Shown: in pieces, positions 1 to 11,200 of the stretch
Numbering within the stretch: the stretch's first letter is position 1
Layout of the letters: each line of letters begins with the position of its first letter
DNA from: Octopus sinensis
Taxonomy: Eukaryota
Assembly (NCBI RefSeq): GCF_006345805.1
Contig: NC_043004.1
Location: 26,288,001 to 26,352,000, forward strand
Length of the DNA: 64,000 bases
Reading direction: 5' to 3'
Made by a program: the position numbers and the translations under genes
The notes under the pieces: generated by a model
What the model saw: only the letters and a program-made list of their open reading frames with translations
What the model was told of the DNA's origin: nothing
The model's database searches: none

Positions 1-325
1 TAAAGCCACCAATCTCCTAATTTCACTCACATAGTCGTCGACCTGTTCTCCGGTCCACCTCACGCTTCCGATCTTACTATACGCCTTAAAATCTCCCTCC
101 GTGTAAGCAACTTTCAGCCGTACCTCGATCTTTTCGATCTTATGCTGATCGTCTTCCGACATCTCTAGATACAGGCTCAGCGCGCTACCTTCTAAATACG
201 ACGGTAGGAGGCTGGCTACGTCCTGTATCCCCTGTAATTTTTCTACCAGCTTCACCTTCTTTATCCAGGCCACCACGTCGCCTTGGTCTCAACATCTCGT
301 TGCCGAGTCTAATTTTCGATGCCAT
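1..325 (-). mobile_element. Ty3/Gypsy-type gag fragment, frameshifted, running off the window start
   Basis: Minus strand reads MASKIRLGNEMLRP, shifts frame, then GDVVAWIKKVKLVEKLQGIQDVASLLPSYLEGSALSLYLEMSEDDQHKIEKIEVRLKVAYTEG...WTGEQVDDYVSEIRRLVAL, which resembles invertebrate Gypsy gag. Confidence 0.7.
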
Positions 326-385
326 ATTTTACCGTGGAATACTCTTTTTTTTTTTTTGGATGCTACGCAATGAGCCGAAATAGCT

Positions 386-653
386 TGTAGTATGAAGGGG
401 AAATTAGGAAAAAGGAGAATTGAGGCTCTCTTACCTGTCGATTTATGGGGAGCGTTCTCTCGCCACCCAAGTGGTCATTTCCTTCTTTTGGTCGTACACG
501 CACGTCTTGACTTCACGCTGTCCGGTTGCACTCGGCCCTTTTCCTGTCTCTGCTGCGTGTGCTCTCTTGAGCACTTCCGTCCTCAGGGACTCCCGACAGG
601 GCCTACCCACTCTCCCACTTCCGCCTTCACCACAGCTTCAGCTCAATACCACA
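386..653 (-). mobile_element. Putative 5' LTR of the Gypsy element at 1-325
   Basis: On the minus strand it begins TGTGGTA and ends TACTACA (TG...CA with an imperfect terminal inverted repeat). GC-richer than its flanks and directly upstream of gag. Confidence 0.5.
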
Positions 654-679
654 TAATACTTTGACATTGAAAATGTAAT

Positions 680-1060
680 AGCATCAGTACGGTATGCTTC
701 AACCTGGTTCTTTATAAGAATAGATTCTTTTCTTTAACAAACTCTTGGTCTTCTTCCCCGCGCTTCATCAAACCGTAAATTTATGCTTTTCCCAAATTTC
801 TGCTTTTCACATGGCAATGTGCAATCAAAATTACTCCAGGAGTAACTTACAAAATTTTTGACAATGTTTTGCATTTGAAAATTACCAATACCAGCAATCT
901 TATGCCCTTAGCCATACAATACAACACAACAGTAAAGCATGTCTTTTTATGGCCAATAATTCTAACATACACTCTCTTGCTACCCACATTTTCTCCAGTT
1001 CTATTGCTTTGCATATAAAAACATTGGCGTCTCATCTATATTTTCGATTGGCTGAAGTTC
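680..1060 (-). mobile_element. pogo/Tigger-like DDE transposase remnant
   Basis: SNRTGENVGSKRVYVRIIGHKKTCFTVVLYCMAKGIRLLVLVIFKCKTL matches the pogo pattern TGHEKxxFTVVLxCxAxGxKLPPxVIFK; disrupted. Confidence 0.7.
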
Positions 1061-2034
1061 AATATAAAGTTGTAGCAGAAGTATGTTTATCATTCGGCCG
1101 TTTAGCCTTTAGATACCCAGATTTTGGCTCATTACGCTAGTTTTTTACAAGTGGTTGCATGACCTAGTTATGTAATAATAGGTGATCAAGTCCGTTTGTG
1201 AAGATTGGATATTTTAGTTATCCAATCAGATCGCTTACCAGACTAACCAAGCACGGCAAAATGTGTCGGCTCGCTGAAGCCCTACCACATCTATAAATTA
1301 AGAAATTTCCTCTAAGCTAGCTCAGAGAGGAGATTTATTCAGCCGAGAGCTTTGACGCACTGTTGTGTTCCGCCAAGCACACATCACCAAGTTCCAAGTT
1401 GCATGAGAAACCAATATATATATATTTTCTGATAGTATCATTCATGTTGTACCAACTTTTGCTGTACTCTCCATTAGACGTTTGAATCAAGTGTGGCAGT
1501 CAGTTACAACTCTTGTTCTCGTATTTCTTTTCGCTGTTATACCTGACACATTTGGAACCAGAAAAAATTAATGTTACCAAGGCCAACCACGCTTCTTAAC
1601 CTCCCAAAACTGGTGACCTCCGAACGACTAAGAACTATCGTCGCAGCATGCCAGTCACCCAGCTAAAACTGCTTACCCGTATAACCAGATAATGCGATAT
1701 TGCATCTGATGTAATGCTACTACGTCATTTTTTCACTAGGAAGCTTAAATATATTTTTTATCAGCAAACTCTGTTCAAGTGCTGAGGCCATCATTATACA
1801 GTCTGCAAAGAACATTTTCGGTCGAAAAACTACTCCAAAACTGTTTTCAACAGTTTACTGTCTTCCGCCGCTCTGCGTGAGAGACGACATTGACGTCTTA
1901 ATGCCTTTCATGTACTCATAATGCGTCATTTTCATTGCGTTCTGCTAGAAATAGCAGTCAAATCTGCTGCTAGAATTTGCTAGTTAAGTACTTACCAATT
2001 TTTCTTTCTATTCATTTCTGGTAACTAATACAGT

Positions 2035-3115
2035 ATGGCATCTTCTCCAGTTCCTTCCGTCGCTTTCGACATCTCTGATGCTTTACCATTTCAGGCGGCC
2101 GTATCTTTCTCTTCTCCCCTTCCCACTTTTACCGGTGACCCGGACATTTGGTTTCCACAGCTAGAAACCAATTTTACTACTCATAGCATCACCTCAGGTG
2201 TCAGACAATTCGGTTTATTAGTCAGCGTTCTACCACCTGCTTTAAGCAAACCAACCATCTTACATTCACATGAAGTTAGAGATTTTGCGGCGCGCTTCTT
2301 TAAAGTAGAAAATATTTCAGCTACTCCACAAGGAAATTTTAGGCGATAAACGCCCTTCACAGTTGCTTCGCAGAATGCGGGACTCGGCCGGGAGTAATCC
2401 AATGGACGAAGATATGCTTAGACAATTATTTTTTCCCGCCTTCTAACTAATGCCGAAGCTATTTTGACCATTATCAGGGAACTACCTTTTCAACCCAACA
2501 GCTAGCGGATTTAGCCGATGGTGTTATGGACATTACTTCTTCACGAGGCGCAGAAAATTCTCCAATCATCTCTTCACTCTCGTTCGAATTGTCCTTTTTC
2601 TGCAAGGAGTTTGACAAGAAAATTCAACTCATTACCGATCAGATTTCCCGTTCTACTTCTTCCTGGAAAAGAATGAGTAGTCTGCACAAGGTTCGGTTTC
2701 AAGCCCTTCTATTGTCAGTCCTCTGTTTTTTGTTTCATTCCTTATAATCGAACTCTTACCTTTTATCGAGATTTCCGGAGAAATAATAATAAATGATAAA
2801 TCTCCAGCATATTCTGTCACACATCATATTGTTACTAAGCGACCTCACCGTAGTGTCCACCCGACCCCTGGCGCCTAACCCCGATAAATTCAAAGCTGCG
2901 AAAGATGAACTTCGTCACATGCTGGGCCAAGGTATAATTCGTCCTTCTAGCAGTAATTGGTCATCTCCCTTACATCTCGTGTCAAAAATATCAGGACATC
3001 GGCGACCGTGCGAAGATTATCGACGTTTGAATGCTCTAACAGTTCCGGACCATTATCCTATTCCTCATATTCACGACTTTTCTGCATCTTTACATGGTTT
3101 CACCATCTTCTCTAA
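2035..3115 (+). mobile_element. Ty3/Gypsy gag-pol remnant (gag plus N-terminal RT)
   Basis: Gag-like PLPTFTGDPDIWFPQLETNF; RT N-terminus [29 protein letters not shown]...[38 protein letters not shown]; stops and deletions. Confidence 0.85.
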
Positions 3116-3117
3116 AC

Positions 3118-4633
3118 ATATAAATATCTGGGAATAAATGAAGGCTCTGGTATTCAGCATGCAAGCATGAAAGATAAGGTTAGGAAGGAATGTTATAGAA
3201 GAGTTTGAGCAGTCCTAAAGTCTGAGCTGAATGCCTATAATAAGGTGTTAGCCATAAATTCCTTAGCAGTCCCAGTTGTTCTTTATAGCTTCAATGTGCT
3301 TAACTGGAGTACCAATGAAATAATGAAAATTGATAAAATAATCTGCAAGCTACTGACTTGTAATAAGATGCACCATCCAAAGGCAGATGTGGATCGCCTT
3401 TACCTTCCCAGAGCTCAGGGAGGTCGAGGCTTGATCCAGCTTGAACTTACATACAGAACCACCACAATCGGACTGGCCAAATACCTTGAAACAATCAACG
3501 ATTGGATGCTAAAACTTGTTGAAAAACATGAAAGACCGAAAAAATTTCACTCTATCCTGAAAGAGAGCAAAAATTCGATACTAATCTCTTAGATACCTAC
3601 CAGATTGCTGAGGTTGAAAGAAATGCGCCAATTGCTGCCGCAAAGAAAATAAAATTAATTGCAAAGGCAAAAGCCCATGAAAAATTAACTAGCAGATGGG
3701 AACAGAAACCTCTGCATGGCAAGTGTGTGGCCCGTAGCAAACAAGCTGACGTCGACCAGAAACACATGCATTGATGGTTACGAAGTTCAGGGCTAAAAGC
3801 AGAGAGTGAAGGTTTCATATTAGCTGCCCAAGACCAAAATTTATTAACCCGGAACTACTAAGCCCATGTGATAAAAAATGGAGCTGACCCAAAATGCCGA
3901 TTCTGTAACGATGAGATTGAAACTATAGACCATATAATCTCAGGGTGTAGAGTCTTAGCACCTGTAGAATATAAAGCAAGACATGACAGAGTCGGCCAGT
4001 ATTTACACTGGACAATATGTCGGCATTATAAAATCAAAACCGCTGACAAATGGTATAAACACCATCCTGAAGCTGTGACTCAGGAAGAAAATATGTCGAT
4101 TCTCTGGGACTTCCCCGAACATACTGACAAAACTATAAAAGCTAATAAACCGGATATTATTTTAAAAGATCAGACAAAACAGGTGTGTTTATTAATTGAC
4201 ATGAGTATTCCTTGCGATCACAATATAGCGGCGAAAGAATTTGACAAGATCAGTAAATATAAAGACTTGCTAATAGAAATTGAAAAAAGGTGGCATCTCA
4301 AGGCGACTACAGTGCCAGCGATCGTAGGATCTCTAGGAATGATAAAAAATAATGGCACTGAAACCTATTTGAAAATGATACCAGGCTTACCATCCCTACA
4401 GGAAGTGCAAAAAATCGTATTAACTAGAACGACTCATGTACTGAGAAGAGCATTATCGCTGTGAAAACAACATCCATTCATGAATTTATTTATTTATTTA
4501 TTAATTTTAAATACATATTTTATCTGTGAATTTGCGTATGTAATCTGGGAATGCATACAATGAGCTACATTGCCCTAGGTGTACGGAAAACACTCGGCGA
4601 GAAATGGAAGAAAATTTGAAGAAAGAAGGAAAA

Positions 4634-4635
<2 letters not shown>
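3118..4635 (+). mobile_element. 5'-truncated non-LTR retrotransposon with restriction-like endonuclease (R4/Dong-like)
   Basis: [34 protein letters not shown] motif CRFCNDEIETIDHIISGC, RHD, ILWDF, KPDII, IDMSIP and KISKY; 3' UTR ends in (TAA)n. Confidence 0.88.
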
Positions 4636-4691
<56 letters not shown>

Positions 4692-4712
4692 TAATAATAA
4701 TAATAATAATAA
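4636..4712 (+). repeat. (TAA)n microsatellite at the LINE 3' end
   Basis: Direct reading. Confidence 0.95.
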
Positions 4713-5003
4713 TCCTTTCTACTATAGGCGGAAGGTTTGAAACTTAGGGAGGGAGTTAGTTGATTACTTAATTTATCGACTTACTTCAGTGACCCCGAAA
4801 AGATGAGAGGCAAAAAGATTGTCCCTATCATTGAGACTGTTGATGCCGAGAATGGCTCTGCAGCATTTCTTCAACGCGAAACACGAAGACTACATTGTTA
4901 GAGTTAGGGCTCCTACGCTAAAATGCAAAGGGAAAAAAGTTACCCAATGGGTTCTAGTGATACAGGCATGATGTGACAACGAAACCACAATCCATTATTC
5001 TTT

Positions 5004-5396
5004 TCTACTCTAGGCACGAGGCCCGAAATTTTGGGGGAGGGGCCACTCGATTAGATCGACCCCAGTACGTAACTGGTACTTAATTTATCGACCCCGAAAG
5101 TATGTAAGACAAAGTCGACTTCGGCGGAATTTGAACTCAGAACGTAAAGACATACGAAATACCTGTTTCTTTATTACCCACAAGGGGCTAAACATAGAGG
5201 GGACAAACAAGGACAGACAAAGGGATTAAGTGGATTACATCGACCCCAGTGCGTAACTAGTACTTAATTTATTGATTCCGAAAGGATGAAAGGCAAAGTC
5301 GACCAGGGCGGAATTTGAACTCAGAACGTAACGACAGACGAAATACGGCTACGCATTTTGCCCGGCGTGCTAACGGTTCTGCCAGCTCACCGCCTT
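5004..5396 (-). mobile_element. Two abutting tRNA-type SINE copies (composite/dimer)
   Basis: Shared core cgaccccag...tacttaatttat...gaaag...gtcgac...ggcggaatttgaactcagaacgtaa appears twice, with different 3' tails; the same family recurs at 24553, 28772, 43505, 47745 and 62921. Confidence 0.85.
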
Positions 5397-6103
5397 CTAC
5401 AATCCATTATTGACCGACCGGAGAGGACGTGTTATTCGGCTCTAAGAAGACAAGTGCAATTTTCCAACAATTCTTTATTCAGCTGACCGATGCAGGTATG
5501 AATGCAGATGGTAGCGGACCTAACTAATTGCTTTGAGCGTTTATGTCGTAAGAATAAAACTGTTGAGTCAGTCATAGTAATTACACGTAAGTGAGAGATA
5601 GAGGTGTAGTGAATCTTGCATGCATGAAGTGAATTCGATCCACCATAGCCAAATTTAAATTAACATTGCAACAGAACTTTTCCCACGATGGAACAATGGT
5701 TTTTCTCTGACAGCAGTTTTACATTTTCCAGATGCCTTTAGCTAGGCCGAAATAATGTCTTCACCACTTGACCCTTTCTAACCTCTTCTACTTCACCAAA
5801 AACTAGAGTAGAGATAACAAGACCACCAACTATATCTATTGTTCTCAATGGTATGTCTATCCGCCTGGATAGTTATATAAGCAAGCGTACCACAAGCAAA
5901 AACCAGTTAGTCATCAGTCGGTGACAAACTCAGTGAGAACGTAGTCTGGCTGGCCAGCTAGAACATTGGTCAAAGGGAAAAATGAAGTTTACTGCCAGCT
6001 AGAACATTGGTCAGAGGGAAAAATGAAGTTTACTGCCAGCAACTGTGAGACAACGTTCCACACCCTACAATTTTCTCTAGCTCTAATTCTGTCCCTTACA
6101 ACA

Positions 6104-6107
<4 letters not shown>

Positions 6108-6154
<47 letters not shown>
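6108..6154 (+). repeat. (CT)n microsatellite
   Basis: Direct reading. Confidence 0.95.
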
Positions 6155-6158
<4 letters not shown>

Positions 6159-6548
6159 ACTACTAAACGATGAAGAGGACACAAACACAAACCAAACTTT
6201 GCATGCTTTTGGATTTATCCCAACCTGCCCGTCGAGGCTAGGTATTGTAACGTAACGGTAAATAAATACTTCCTTAAAACTTAAAAAAAACACAATTGTA
6301 ACGGTAGAAATGAGTAGTAAACATTATTATGATGATGTCGAAATCAGCAGTTGTGACGATAAAAATTTATTGTTATAATTGCATGTTGTAAGATGTGAAA
6401 AATGGAACAATGCATGAAGTTTTAAGGAAGCGAGCTGGTTCAAATCTTGACCGAATCCTTACTACAAGACCAATTACTCATTCACTCTACCGACGTGCTG
6501 AATTCCCTCGATTCTTTTGATGATACATTTTACTGCATATGTGTGTGC

Positions 6549-6591
<43 letters not shown>

Positions 6592-6824
6592 AGAAAAGAG
6601 AGAAGCGGAGTGAAAGGCAGAGAATAAGGGTGCTAGCTGTTTTCTTTGTTAACTACTGCGAATGGCAAAATAATGTTATTCAATAAAGCCATAAGCGCAT
6701 TGGACTCTATTATGCGCGAAGTCTATAAAACAGCAAATATCACGTCTATGGTTTTTCTTCTGTTTGCCCGACTTACCGGCCCTTTCTATAAGACCGTTTT
6801 TGTTATTTGTGTAGCACTCCTGCT

Positions 6825-6901
6825 CTTCTTCTTCTTCTTCTTCTTCTTCTTCTTCTTCTTCTTCTTCTTCTTCTTCTTCTTCTTCTTCTTCTTCTTCTTC
6901 T
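6825..6901 (+). repeat. (CTT)n microsatellite
   Basis: Direct reading; source of the poly-F and poly-E ORFs. Confidence 0.95.
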
Positions 6902-7191
6902 TTCCAATCCATCCTCCTCATTGTCCTTTCTTTAAAACACTTCAAAACACTTCAAAAAAAAGAAACGGGTAAGAATACAGATAAATACGCATGCATATTC
7001 ACACATACATATAAACATGTATGTATGTGTCTTAATGTATGTATACACATATACAAATATATATGGATGTCTGTAAGTGTATCTGTGTATATATATATAT
7101 ATATATATATACACCTACACACACATAGATCAAAATAGCTTGATTCAAATTCATTGGTACTCCGAGAGTTTCAAGTGTGATGCTAATCTTC

Positions 7192-7348
7192 ACCGTAAGG
7201 TGGGTCGCGATTGGTCGAGGAAGGTCACGGTGTGTCGTGTTTGATATTGGTATAACCGTATATATGTCGTCGCTGATATACGGTTATACAAACATCAAAC
7301 CTCGATACCACGTGGTCTTCCTCGACCAATCGCAGCCCGCCTTACGGT
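7192..7348. repeat. Fold-back inverted repeat, ~72-bp arms with a short loop
   Basis: accgtaagg...gcgattggtcgaggaag...gtataaccgtatat pairs with atatacggttatac...cttcctcgaccaatcgc...ccttacggt. Confidence 0.9.
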
Positions 7349-7711
7349 AATAACAATCAAGGCTCATAGCGAGTGGAACCTCAAAAGTAGTAAAATCCAA
7401 GTGACGTGTATACTGCTGGCTACTCTTCAGGTCAAGGATATCTTGATTAGATTAAAGGCTACATAGTTGCAAGGAGCTACATGTTGACACAAAGATTCAA
7501 TCAGAATGTGTGGAGGGCACAGTATGTGAGCGGTATATAAATGAGGGGAGAAATAAGTAATAGAAGGGAAGAGAGAATAAAAATAAAAATAAAAAAATAA
7601 ATCCGCAAACTTCCATCTCAATAAACCAATATTGTCCCTGAAAGTGGTTTTTAAATATTCATTGCAGATTGCTTGAAGCTAACTTTCTTCCTACACCTCG
7701 ATCCCTGGATC

Positions 7712-7860
7712 ATACATACATACATGCATACATACATACATACATACATACGTATACATACATACATACATACATACATACATACATACATACATACATA
7801 CATACACATACATACATACATACGTATTCATACGTATACATATATATATGTACATACATA
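7712..7860 (+). repeat. (TACA)n microsatellite
   Basis: Direct reading. Confidence 0.95.
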
Positions 7861-8195
7861 CCTACGTATATTTAAATAAAAACCTTTGACTCTGCAACAC
7901 TCTATATAAATTCTCTACTAGGAATCACCAAGTTTAAAAATCTGCTGGATCTCACTCATAAGGGAATCTTACATTGCATATAAACTCTATATTTGGAAGG
8001 ACCCATTTTAAACTCTGTTGGACTTTTGGACTTTACTCAGAGGATATTGGAATATTGCAAATATACCATTAAGCCTAAAAATGAATTTACAACTTCAATA
8101 CCCATACATATCTTGCATATATTTTCTTTCCTCAACCTCACTCTCTATTTTGTATTACATCTAAACTAACTATGACTTAACTATCCTCTCACACC

Positions 8196-8247
8196 ATCTC
8201 CGATGAAGGGATATAATTAATAAAAATCTTAGAAACAGCTGTAAGAC
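8196..8247 (+). ncRNA. Degenerate PLE-type minimal hammerhead ribozyme motif
   Basis: tct-CCGATGA-agggat...atctta-GAAA-CAGCTG-TA-aga; U4 changed to C and stem II weakened. Confidence 0.45.
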
Positions 8248-8354
8248 CTATCTATAAATGCTCTAATATCTACACAGCCTTGGTTTTTTTTATCTTATTA
8301 CGCAAAAAATTCTTATATACGTACACACACACACACACACACATACACACACAG

Positions 8355-8395
<41 letters not shown>

Positions 8396-8397
8396 AA

Positions 8398-9128
8398 ATT
8401 ACAAAGTGAGATAGGGGTTGTGAGTGTAATCCACTATGGGATGTCATTTATCCAATATACTGCCAGTAAATTACCCAGAAAGGCTAATACATAAATGCTA
8501 AGAATTGCAATGCAATTAATTCATTTATTGTATTATATGGGCGAAGGTAAAATGTTTTACCTCAAATTCATAATACAAAATAAGAAAATGGAGGAATAGA
8601 TTTCTATCAATCATCAACTACTAGATAATACCAATTCATATAATTTATTAACTAATTATTTAGGAATATCCAGATCAAACAGAATAATACAGAATAAAAC
8701 AGTACATATCAATGAGTAAGAAAATACCATAAGAACAATACATATAAATATAAAATGGATCTTACAGCTGTTTCAGCCTGTAGATAAGAGTATCTCATTA
8801 TGTTCATATTAGTCAGATGTATTAAGGTAATATGCGGTTATAAATGAGTTACTTATATATATATATCTCAAGGCCTCATCAGAGATTATAAAGTACAATT
8901 ATAGAGGTATAAAATGAAGTGCAAATATGAGTATTAAAAAAGGTACACATATACAAGAATAAGTATATATACATATATACATATACATATAAGTGTATAT
9001 ACACCTACATATACATATATATAAGTATATACATAATAATATACATACATAGTTAATAAATTATATGAATTGGTATTATCTAGTAGTTGATGATTGATAG
9101 AAATCTATTCCTCCATTTACTTATTTTA
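8398..9128 (-). mobile_element. Penelope-like element terminus with hammerhead and inverted duplication
   Basis: Homologous to 34522-34950; contains the hammerhead at 8759-8886 and a perfect 69-bp inverted repeat; flanked by (CA)n and (TA)n. Confidence 0.6.
8759..8886 (-). ncRNA. Minimal type I hammerhead ribozyme with long loop II
   Basis: Minus strand: AUCU-CUGAUGA-GGCCU-(~90 nt)-AGGCU-GAAA-CAGCUG-UA-AGAU; 4-bp stem I, palindromic ACAGCUGU stem III. Confidence 0.65.
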
Positions 9129-9130
9129 TA

Positions 9131-9168
<38 letters not shown>

Positions 9169-9170
9169 CA

Positions 9171-9415
9171 TTCGCAGCTTTCTTCCAAGGAATCTAAAGC
9201 TATTAGCTTAGTTTTTCCTTGGGGCTGGCCAGATTGGAGCAATCTCAAATATAATCAGCCGAAATTGCGAGAATAATCTGGTACTTGACTGAGGAAAGAA
9301 AACTTCAAATGACTTGTCCTTGTTTTCTTTGTATCGTCTATCTGGATGTATTGTTGTCTCTTTTTGTATCACCTAACTGTCCGGATGATTTGCGTTCTTG
9401 TCCCATTTTGTATAT
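9171..9415 (+). repeat. Dispersed repeat, short copy (the ~250 bp shared with 10345-10600), between (TA)n tracts
   Basis: caaggaatctaa...gggctggccagattggagcaatctcaa...tgtcccattttgtat occurs in both copies with few mismatches. Confidence 0.85.
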
Positions 9416-9431
9416 ACATATATATATAATT

Positions 9432-9754
9432 TTATAATTATGAGTATATTTATGATTTGGGTTCAGCAAAAATTTGCTTCACCACATACCGAAATTTAGA
9501 AATAGCAGTTAAAAACTAACTATTTCACTACCATAAGAAAAAACTTCCAGACAGCAATACTCAACAACCCACGCAGGTAAAGAGGAAAAAATAACGAATC
9601 CACCCGGCTTTGATTAACCGCGTGGGTTGTTGAGTATTGCTGTCTGTGAGTTTTTTTCTTATGGTAGTTGGTTTTAACTGCTATTTCTAAATTTTGGTAT
9701 GTGGTGAAGCAATTTTTTGCTGAAACCTAATTATAATTATATTCATAATTATAA
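9432..9754. repeat. Long inverted repeat, ~140-bp arms, ~33-nt loop
   Basis: ttcagcaaaaa...gcttcaccacatacc...tagaaatagcagttaaaa...cagacagcaatactcaacaacccacgc is mirrored at 9614-9754. Confidence 0.9.
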
Positions 9755-9846
9755 TTTTTTTTTTATTTAAGTCTAGCGATAATGGTTCTTTTAGTATGCC
9801 GAACTAATTGGTAAAATTATTAATTATTAATTAATTAATTTTACCC

Positions 9847-9877
<31 letters not shown>

Positions 9878-9888
<11 letters not shown>

Positions 9889-10600
9889 CGGCGTACGTAC
9901 ACTTTGGTCTCTTATATGTAAGTATACATTTTTCTAAATCTTGTACGACTATATTTCTCTCTATCAGCCCTTTCACGCTTATTTGTTCATTTCACTCTTC
10001 GTTCTTTCGTTCCCCTTCTCTCACATTTCACTTCCCTGTGTCCCTGTCATTTTTTCTCACCCTCCTTAATTTTTCTGTCCCTCTGCTTCTACTTCTCTTT
10101 CTTCTCTTCCCACGTGACCGGCGTTCGGCCAAGACTGTTCTTTCTTTCTTGCTCTGACCGTTGTCCGTGCAACATCAATAATCCTCCTTGTGTTTGTGAA
10201 ATCTTCTATCCCTGCCGTAAAGGCTTCAGTTCCACACATGCCAGCTTAATTTAATTCGTCCTTAGTAGAAAGACACCTGTTGTTATGTCCTGTTATTATT
10301 TATTGTATTTGTGTAACATCGTCCGTTTTTTTCATCCTTGTTTTTTTTTTTATACATTCGCTGCTTTCTTTCAAGGAATCTAATGCTCTCAGCTTAGTTT
10401 TTCCTTGGGCTGGCCAGATTGGAGCAATCTCAAGTATAATCAGCCGAAATAGTGAGGATAATCTGGTACTTGACTGAGGAAAGAAAACTTCGAATGACCT
10501 GTCCTTGTTTTCTTTGTATCGTCTATCTGGCTGTTTTATTGTCCCTTTTTGTATCACCTAACTGTCCGGATGTTTTGCGTTCTTGTCCCATTTTGTATGT
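9878..10600 (+). repeat. Longer copy of the (TA)n-bounded dispersed repeat (possible PLE-related element)
   Basis: Pyrimidine-rich 5' part plus the ~250-bp segment shared with 9171-9415; (TA)n on both sides. Confidence 0.65.
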
Positions 10601-10606
10601 TATAAA

Positions 10607-10642
<36 letters not shown>

Positions 10643-10645
<3 letters not shown>

Positions 10646-10790
10646 GAGGCGCAATGGCCCAGTGGACTCGCGGTTGTAGGATCGCGGTTTCGATTCCCAG
10701 ACCGAGCATTGTGAGTGTTTATTGAGCGAAAACAACTAAAGCGCCACGAGGCTCCGGCGGGGTTGGCGTCATTTGAAGGCTAAAACAATG
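10643..10790 (+). mobile_element. tRNA-derived SINE, truncated
   Basis: A-box-like ggcgcaatggcccagtgg and B-box-like ggtttcgattccc; related to 16135-16288. Confidence 0.75.
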
Positions 10791-10866
10791 TGATGAAATT
10801 CACGAGTGAATGACTTAACAAGTAGACTTCTACTTGTGAAGTCATTCACTCGTGAATTTCATCACA
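10789..10866. repeat. Near-perfect palindrome, 38-bp arms, 2-nt loop, 1 mismatch
   Basis: tgtgatgaaattcacgagtgaatgacttaacaagtaga-ct-tctacttgtgaagtcattcactcgtgaatttcatcaca. Confidence 0.95.
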
Positions 10867-11011
10867 CACACAACATCGTCAAAATTTCTTCTTAAGAAAA
10901 ATTACATATTCAGATAAGTAAAACATAATATCATGAATAGCGAAACCGGTCGATATATTAAAAATTATATTAAAACTATGTAATTGTGCGTATTTTCCGT
11001 TTTCAATTTCT

Positions 11012-11083
<72 letters not shown>

Positions 11084-11200
11084 ATATATATATATATGGG
11101 GTGGGGGGTGACAAGCAAATTAACTAGTTAGAAAATCTCTATATAATGAAAGCAGTAACTATACTGAGAAGTAATGTTTATCGCCACTTAAACATGGCTT

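Noticed and set aside
9289-9320. CTGAGGA-aag-aaaa-ctt-c(G/A)AAT-gac-tt-gtc here and at 10474-10505 as a hammerhead
   Set aside because: GAAA is replaced by GAAT or AAAT, there is no UH cleavage triplet in register, and no stem I pairing.
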